42,288 nt of DNA. Source: a virus. Lineage: Duplodnaviria; Caudoviricetes. Where the stretch lies: positions 1-42,288 of the IMG/VR virus record IMGVR_UViG_3300046707_000144; one strand, given 5' to 3'. Below the pieces are notes generated by a model, which did no database searches, had not been told where the DNA came from, and saw only the letters and a program-made list of their open reading frames with translations. The position numbers and the translations under genes are program-made. This document shows, piece after piece, positions 37,351 through 42,288 of the stretch (position 1 is the first letter of the stretch; the number at the start of each line of letters is the position of its first letter).

Positions 37351-37665
37351 TCAGTTCCCCGGGGCTGGGTCGTCGAGACGGATCACGGTGCTTTCGACAT
37401 GCACCGCGCCGCCTGTGGCCAGTCTCATGGTCACACCCATCAGCCACTCAATCCCCTCCTTGGACAGGGGCCCGGGGATCTCATCCTTCCCCTCCGCGAC
37501 CATCAGGCACTCGACTGCGATCACGAGCAAGGCAAGCGCCGTGTCTGGATCGGGCGGCATTTTCCACGCCTGGAGCTGGTCTCGGATCTGGAGCCTGCGC
37601 TGGAAGATGCGATCCATCAAGACTCTGCAATGCGGGCAGTCCGGCCCGTGCGGTTGTTCGTCCAT
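37351..37665 (-). CDS. Small helical protein, possible diverged paralog, with N-terminal HxxxCxxC
   Basis: AAGGGG RBS; TALALLVIAVECL...LSKEGIEWLMGVTM. Confidence 0.65.
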   Translation of the reverse strand: MDEQPHGPDCPHCRVLMDRIFQRRLQIRDQLQAWKMPPDPDTALALLVIAVECLMVAEGKDEIPGPLSKEGIEWLMGVTMRLATGGAVHVESTVIRLDDPAPGN

Positions 37666-37861
37666 GGTCTGCCCCTTGTCTGTAGAAAGCGGGGACGGCG
37701 CAAGCTGCTACCTCCGCGCCGCCCCCTAGAGTCCAGCGCGTTGATACCCGCGCCAGACTCCTGGTGTTTCACGTGCCACATCTTCCCTAGTCCAGTCAAG
37801 TCCCCGTCCCCACGGACTAGACACGCGTCCACCCGAATTCTGGATCTTCTGATCTGCCTTG

Positions 37862-38166
37862 TTTTCTCGGTTCGGAACCACATAGAACCGGTTCCGCGAG
37901 GGGAGACTCTGGAACAGAGCAGACGGAGCTCTCAGCAAGAGCCTGCGCGCGTGACCCACGATGGATCCCCCTTGCGCGTGGTTCGCGATCCGGATTCGGC
38001 GGGACAGGTTCTGGTTTCTGGCGCAACCAGAACCAGCCCCTTGAACCGGCGACACGGGGGAAGCGAAGCCCCCAAGTCCAGGCCGGAACTTGACGCCGGT
38101 TGTGGCGTAGCTGGTTCCGGCGCCCCCGCGCTGGAACCTGCGTTAAGCGCCAGAATCCGGATCTCG
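37862..38166. other. Iteron-rich, multibranch-folding element (candidate replication origin or ncRNA)
   Basis: About ten GGTTC/GAACC copies; TTTTCTCGGTTC shared with 2141-2152; nested inverted repeats. Confidence 0.5.
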
Positions 38167-38263
38167 TCCAGCTCGCTTGGGGGCGTAGCGCAGCATGGCT
38201 AGCCTCGTTTTTCCCGGCGAAACATGGGTGGGTGTCGCTACGCTCTGGGAATCGTTGAAGCAA

Positions 38264-38277
38264 GGGGTACCCCCCCC
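38264..38277. other. Candidate packaging/terminus signal GGGGTACCCC plus C8 run
   Basis: Palindrome in the largest non-coding region, at a strand-switch point. Confidence 0.35.
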
Positions 38278-38959
38278 AAGATAGCCATGCCCTCTTCAGG
38301 CTACCCCCAATCTTCAATGCTTTCGCGCACTTGCGCCCATGCAAGCGTTATCTTGCATGGGCTAGCCCGCGCTGCGCTCCAGCGCTATGGGGCTTCGAGG
38401 CCCCATAGCTGGCCCTGGCTAGTCCAGGGAAACCCCAACAATTCCAGTGCTTTAGCGCGTCAATAGCCTGCGTATAGCCCGCTCTTTTCCCCTTGACTTC
38501 CGGTCCGGCAAACCCTCGCTTCACTCAACCTGCCAGGCCATCCCACGCTGGCTAGCCTGTACACGCGCACAAGGTGGAGGGAGACTGGCTCACTGGGCGT
38601 TCGCTGGATACGCTTGGGCTTCCGAGCTGACACGCTTCGGCCGGAGCTAAACATACCCGCGCGCGACCCACTCAGAACACTGTGGCAGGCTAGCTGTCAA
38701 TAGCTGGCACGGACAAAGTTGTAAGAGCCCGGGATTGCTGCGCTCTTAGTCGTTACACCCCATTACAGCTAGGCGGTGACGATGGCCCATGCTAGGCGGT
38801 TCTCGTCCGTGGGCTGGACGATGCCGCGCGACATAGAACGCGCACGGAGCTAGGCTAGCCCATGGCCGGTGGTGTGCAGTCGTCCGGCCTAGCTTGCCCC
38901 CGAGCCCCATAATCCTGGCGCTGTCAGGACTGCGCAGGCTCGGGGCAAGCGCCTATCGC

Positions 38960-38977
38960 CCATTCCCTCGCGGGTGT
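38960..38977 (+). repeat. 18-bp direct repeat, copy 1
   Basis: CCATTCCCTCGCGGGTGT identical to 39815-39832. Confidence 0.8.
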
Positions 38978-39078
38978 TCCCCAACACCAAGCGAGTTGAT
39001 TGCGTGTGCACTGAATCAAGCTCGGGTTAGGCTTCTCTTGCCCCGGCGCTTTGCCGGGTCCCGAGGAGTCCCGAGCAC

Positions 39079-39534
39079 ATGTTGTTTTCCTACGCCGAGC
39101 ACAAAGCCATGTTGACCGCTGAGATCGCCAAGTTCCCCGCGCTGTTTGGCCTTGCCGCCTTCCCCGGTGAGCTTTTCCGCGTGAGCCGCACTGCCAGCTA
39201 CTTCCGCAACATGGAAGCCAGCGTCCCCACGCTCTACACCGAACGGCTCACCGCGCATGGCTGGAGCGACCACGCAAAGGGAACGCCCAGCGAAGTCCGC
39301 CAGCAAATGACCCCCGCACCGCTCACGATCGCCATGCTGCAGCGGCTTCGCGAGGGAAGCATGCGCCAGGGTGACTACAACACCGCGGCACTGGCCGATC
39401 TCGCGGTGGATGGCTCGCTGAGTTGCGTCTCCCACGAGCTGCTTACCGGGGACGCGCGGCGCCTGGCGCACCTGGATGGCAAGGCCAAGCTCGAAGCGCT
39501 CGCGATCCTCGTCCACCCGCGCACGGAAGCCTAA
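39079..39534 (+). CDS. Hypothetical protein
   Basis: GAGGAG RBS; strong GC3 codon bias. Confidence 0.75.
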   Translation: MLFSYAEHKAMLTAEIAKFPALFGLAAFPGELFRVSRTASYFRNMEASVPTLYTERLTAHGWSDHAKGTPSEVRQQMTPAPLTIAMLQRLREGSMRQGDYNTAALADLAVDGSLSCVSHELLTGDARRLAHLDGKAKLEALAILVHPRTEA

Positions 39535-39535
39535 C

Positions 39536-39757
39536 GTGGACGCGCGAGACCTTCCCCGCTCATTCGGCAAGACTCACGGCGGCAAGCGTCCCGGCGCGGG
39601 CCGCAAAGCCCAGCGCGGGCGCACTACCCGCGCCGTCGCGCTTCTGGACGCGAGCGAAGTCCGAAAGCTGTTCGTGCTCATGCAAGCCCGCGGTGAGAGC
39701 GCAAGTGACGTGCTGCGCGCGGGGCTCGCGGCGCTTGCCGTACCGGCCTGCGAGTGA
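39536..39757 (+). CDS. Ribbon-helix-helix-like DNA-binding protein
   Basis: HGGKRPGAGRK followed by ...GESASDVLRAGL. Confidence 0.65.
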   Translation: MDARDLPRSFGKTHGGKRPGAGRKAQRGRTTRAVALLDASEVRKLFVLMQARGESASDVLRAGLAALAVPACE

Positions 39758-39814
39758 ATGCGTAGCCCGCGGGATTCCCTGCAAGGGGGAACGATGCTTT
39801 TTGACCGCAAGAGA

Positions 39815-39832
39815 CCATTCCCTCGCGGGTGT
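39815..39832 (+). repeat. 18-bp direct repeat, copy 2
   Basis: Identical to 38960-38977. Confidence 0.8.
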
Positions 39833-39866
39833 CGTTCGAAACGCGCCGCTTTCCCACGGGCTACGC

Positions 39867-39896
39867 TTGCACAAGCTAGCTCAAGTCCACTAGCCT
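39867..39896 (+). promoter_or_regulatory. Leaderless-type promoter TTGCAC-18-TAGCCT
   Basis: -10 ends 7 nt before ATG 39904; no SD. Confidence 0.55.
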
Positions 39897-39903
39897 AGTC
39901 CAC

Positions 39904-40191
39904 ATGACTCGTCTGGACGCTATGGCATTGGCGATCGCGGATGCGCACGCGGACGTGATTACGTGCACGCGCGAATACGGGCTAGTCCCGGTGCTGCTCA
40001 CCCTCGAACCAGGCGAGGTGACATGGGAAGATTCCGCGAGGGGGGCGGATATGGCCCAGCTCAACCGCTTGCCCCCCGAGCTTTGGGACACGTATTACCA
40101 GGCCTACGGGGAAACCGCCGTCGCACGCATTCGCCTGTTATCCGACCAATCGGAAGCGCGCACCGCGCGCGGGGAACGGGAGCGCATCTAG
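39904..40191 (+). CDS. Hypothetical protein
   Basis: ORF downstream of the promoter. Confidence 0.7.
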   Translation: MTRLDAMALAIADAHADVITCTREYGLVPVLLTLEPGEVTWEDSARGADMAQLNRLPPELWDTYYQAYGETAVARIRLLSDQSEARTARGERERI

Positions 40192-40210
40192 CGGGCGTTA
40201 GAGTGGTCCT

Positions 40211-40627
40211 ATGCGCCCTCTCACGCCTCGCACCTGGCTGCTCCCCCTAATCCTCGCCACCCTCGCGGGCTGCGCCGTACGCACGCCTGACAGCTGCCAT
40301 AAGCGCTATGTCTTGAACCACCCGAACCGGGACAAGTTCACGATGTGCGTGGTCCGGTACCGCGTGGAAACAAGCACCGCGAACCCTAGCGAGGTGGCTT
40401 GGTACGAACGTAAGCGAGAGGAACAAGCCGAGCATAGGCGGCGCGTCATGGCTGCGATCGGGCGCGGGCTGGCCAAGTCAGAGGAAAGCGAGCCCGAGCC
40501 CGAATCCGCCCCCGAGCGTACCGACTGCTTCCAGCAAGGCCGATACACCACGTGCCAGGCATCCAGTGGCGCGCGAACGCAGTGCTACACATACCCGAAC
40601 GGCCAAATCAGCTGCACAACGCACTAG
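40211..40627 (+). CDS. Putative lipoprotein, Cys-rich C-terminus
   Basis: LLPLILATLAGC lipobox; TDC...TTC...TQC...ISC repeats. Confidence 0.75.
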   Translation: MRPLTPRTWLLPLILATLAGCAVRTPDSCHKRYVLNHPNRDKFTMCVVRYRVETSTANPSEVAWYERKREEQAEHRRRVMAAIGRGLAKSEESEPEPESAPERTDCFQQGRYTTCQASSGARTQCYTYPNGQISCTTH

Positions 40628-40639
40628 CCCGTCCCCACT

Positions 40640-40672
40640 TTGCATGACGCAACGCGAGTTGCATGATGCAAC
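40640..40672. promoter_or_regulatory. Tandem palindromic operator-like sites
   Basis: TTGCATGACGCAAC 40640-40653 and GTTGCATGATGCAAC 40658-40672. Confidence 0.5.
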
Positions 40673-40677
40673 AGGAG

Positions 40678-40707
40678 CCCCCGTGACCCATCACGGGGGT
40701 TTTTTTT
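40678..40707 (+). terminator. Intrinsic terminator
   Basis: CCCCCGTGA-CCCA-TCACGGGGG followed by T8. Confidence 0.88.
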
Positions 40708-40927
40708 GAGCCAATCGCCCGTGGCACACATGCGCCAACGCGTGCCACGCGCGGCGTCTGCAGACTAAGTAAGCTGCAAGCACGCTTGCTTACGCGGTGT
40801 TCCATAGTGTCCGCCTGAACAAATTACTTGCGCCCCCCACCGTGACGCGGGTAAGCCATACGTACCTAGGGGTCTTGAGGGGAAATACCCCGCAAGTCCC
40901 GATGGGGGGAAGGAACCAACCGAAGCT

Positions 40928-41266
40928 ATGGGCGCTGTCAGAAAACTCAAGCCACCCGCGATTCCCGAGGAGGGATCGTACATCCGTACCCACATGCCGC
41001 GCCGCCCGCGGCCAGTCGAGGAACGCGAGGCATGCAAGACGATCGCAGGCAGACGCATTCGACAGTTCCTGCACGAGATTGGCGATGACATCGGATCGGA
41101 GCGCTGGATGGCGGAAGCCTCGCGCCGCGTGGGACTCAACTACACCACCGCGCGATCAATCATCCATGGGTACAAACAGAACGTGGGCCCTGACGTTGTG
41201 GACCAGATCAGCATGGCTACCGGTTGCCCCGTGAGCGTGTTTTACGATCTCGGGGATGAAGAGTGA
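40928..41266 (+). CDS. XRE-like HTH regulator
   Basis: GRRIRQFL...AEASRRVGLNYTTARSIIHG...VDQISMATGCPVSVFY. Confidence 0.7.
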   Translation: MGAVRKLKPPAIPEEGSYIRTHMPRRPRPVEEREACKTIAGRRIRQFLHEIGDDIGSERWMAEASRRVGLNYTTARSIIHGYKQNVGPDVVDQISMATGCPVSVFYDLGDEE

Positions 41267-41805
41267 GCCGGAAGGTAAAAAGCGAACAGATCGACACCGC
41301 CAGGAAACTAGCGATCCTTGCGGAGGTAGAGGGGCGCGCAGAAGGCGTGTCCGTTCCCTCGATTGCCGCAAAGCACGGCGTTTCGACTTCTCTGATTTAC
41401 TACTGGATAGACCGCAAACGCCGCGGGGTTCTGGACGAGAGATCCCCGCCTAAGAAGCAAGGACGCAAAAAGCGGGAGGTGCAGCCTGTTGAGATACAGA
41501 TCGCAGCAGTGCGCGCCGCCATGGCCCGCGGTCCCGGGGAAACCCTCGCGTCCGTGGCTACGACGCATGGCGTTGAACCGGGCTTGCTGGGGAAGTGGAT
41601 ACAGCGCCACGGGCCGCAGCTCGCAGCGCACGCGAATGGACGCGCACCCAAGCGGGGAACGCAGCTCGCGCTGCCAGTCCACGAAATAGCCCCTACTTAT
41701 GTCAATTCATCGGGACCGCTTCCCGATGTGGTGCAAGTGGCTTTGCTACGCAGGAATAACGGCGTACTAAAGTCGCTGATTCACCAGCTTTTGGAGCACC
41801 TATAA
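41263..41805 (+). CDS. Tandem HTH protein resembling IS3-family OrfA/HTH_Tnp_1
   Basis: KLAIL...SVPSIAAKHGVSTSLIYYW and ETLASVATTHGVEPGLLGKW, then LRRNN..LK zipper. Confidence 0.7.
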   Translation: MSRKVKSEQIDTARKLAILAEVEGRAEGVSVPSIAAKHGVSTSLIYYWIDRKRRGVLDERSPPKKQGRKKREVQPVEIQIAAVRAAMARGPGETLASVATTHGVEPGLLGKWIQRHGPQLAAHANGRAPKRGTQLALPVHEIAPTYVNSSGPLPDVVQVALLRRNNGVLKSLIHQLLEHL

Positions 41806-42158
41806 TGCCACGTCCCAAGAAGGCCCCGAGCAACGTCACCGCAACGATCAAGTCCCTTGCCGCTGCGATGGCTCAAGTCAAAACCCAGTTGGACGCTGAC
41901 CCCGATGAGAGCACCGGGGAAGGCGCACGCGTGCACCGCACGCTCCAGGTAGTGCAAACGCGCGCATCGCTTGCGTGCCTTGCCGATGAGCTGGATCGCC
42001 TTGCAAAGCAGACCACAGCCGCAGAAGCCAAGCCGAAAAAGCCCCGCGCGAAGTCCACGCCCACGCTTGGACTGAACGGGGAAGGTCCGGGGCTCGCAGC
42101 TCCCAAGCGCCGCGGGCGCAAGCCCAAGCACATCCTAGAAGCGGTGGCGAATGAATGA
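41805..42158 (+). CDS. Basic helical protein with AT-hook-like KRRGRKPK
   Basis: TAATG coupling; Lys/Pro-rich tail. Confidence 0.7.
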   Translation: MPRPKKAPSNVTATIKSLAAAMAQVKTQLDADPDESTGEGARVHRTLQVVQTRASLACLADELDRLAKQTTAAEAKPKKPRAKSTPTLGLNGEGPGLAAPKRRGRKPKHILEAVANE

Positions 42159-42288
42159 ACCAGAACCGATAGCGCACGCCGTAGACCGGACCGGATGGCC
42201 CCCCGGTCCGTGGGACCGTGAACCGCGAGACCTGTACAGGTTTCACGCGCACGGCTTCCCCGCCATCATGGGACGCGCGGCCATGGGG
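42151..42288 (+). CDS. 5' part of the junction-spanning gene (continues at 2..520)
   Basis: ATG overlaps the upstream stop; frame stays open through the terminal repeat. Confidence 0.8.
   Translation, partial: MNEPEPIAHAVDRTGWPPGPWDREPRDLYRFHAHGFPAIMGRAAMG
42162..42288 (+). repeat. Terminal direct repeat, right copy
   Basis: Identical to 1-127. Confidence 0.95.

Larger units (their letters stand above)
1..42288. mobile_element. Complete temperate bacteriophage genome (podovirus-type virion genes), circularly permuted assembly
   Basis: Terminase, portal, scaffold, capsid, integrase, repressor and primase-helicase all present; identical 127-bp ends; a reading frame runs across the junction; no host housekeeping genes. 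Confidence 0.95.

Noticed and set aside
37294-38202. Long ORFs such as 37294-38202, 29603-30715, 14095-15015 and 9492-10340
   Set aside because: Antisense or alternative-frame shadows expected in GC-rich DNA, overlapping better-supported genes or elements
37931-38225. Minus-strand ORF restored by reading through one TAG (MFRREKRG*PCCATPP...)
   Set aside because: No RBS or protein-like features; the region is better explained by inverted repeats
37700-39070. CRISPR mini-array in the non-coding region
   Set aside because: The hairpins differ in sequence; there are no regularly spaced identical repeats
41263-41805. Intact IS3-family insertion sequence
   Set aside because: No OrfB/DDE domain, inverted repeats or target duplication
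1-42288. Genome-wide TAG stop-codon reassignment
   Set aside because: Core genes are intact in code 11, and TAG is used as a true stop with coupled restarts (e.g. TAGTG at 1413-1417)

Overview
This window looks like a complete, circularly assembled temperate dsDNA phage genome. It has 42,161 bp of unique sequence and a 127-bp terminal overlap, and is GC-rich (roughly 60-65% by eye). The host cannot be assigned from the sequence. The modules are: leftward replication/modification genes (Zn-finger-Toprim-DnaB-like primase-helicase, amino-MTase, C5-MTase-like, RusA-like); a cro/cI switch; a YqaJ-ERF-SSB-like recombination block; xis-int with an attP-like arm-repeat region; a leftward podovirus-type morphogenesis operon; a rightward accessory operon of small genes; a ~1.4-kb structured non-coding region; and a small early/regulatory block. 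The most notable signals are: (1) a tRNA-like gene missing from the ORF track (33242-33314), carrying the full alanine identity set but an 8-nt CUCUAUAU anticodon loop; (2) 7-8 diverged paralogous small helical proteins, five of them clustered around that tRNA; (3) GGTTC/GAACC iteron-like repeats at two distant loci, suggesting a bipartite origin within a hairpin-dense region; (4) many leaderless-type promoters and abundant CTAG; (5) no recognisable endolysin. All family assignments come from motif recognition by eye, not database searches.
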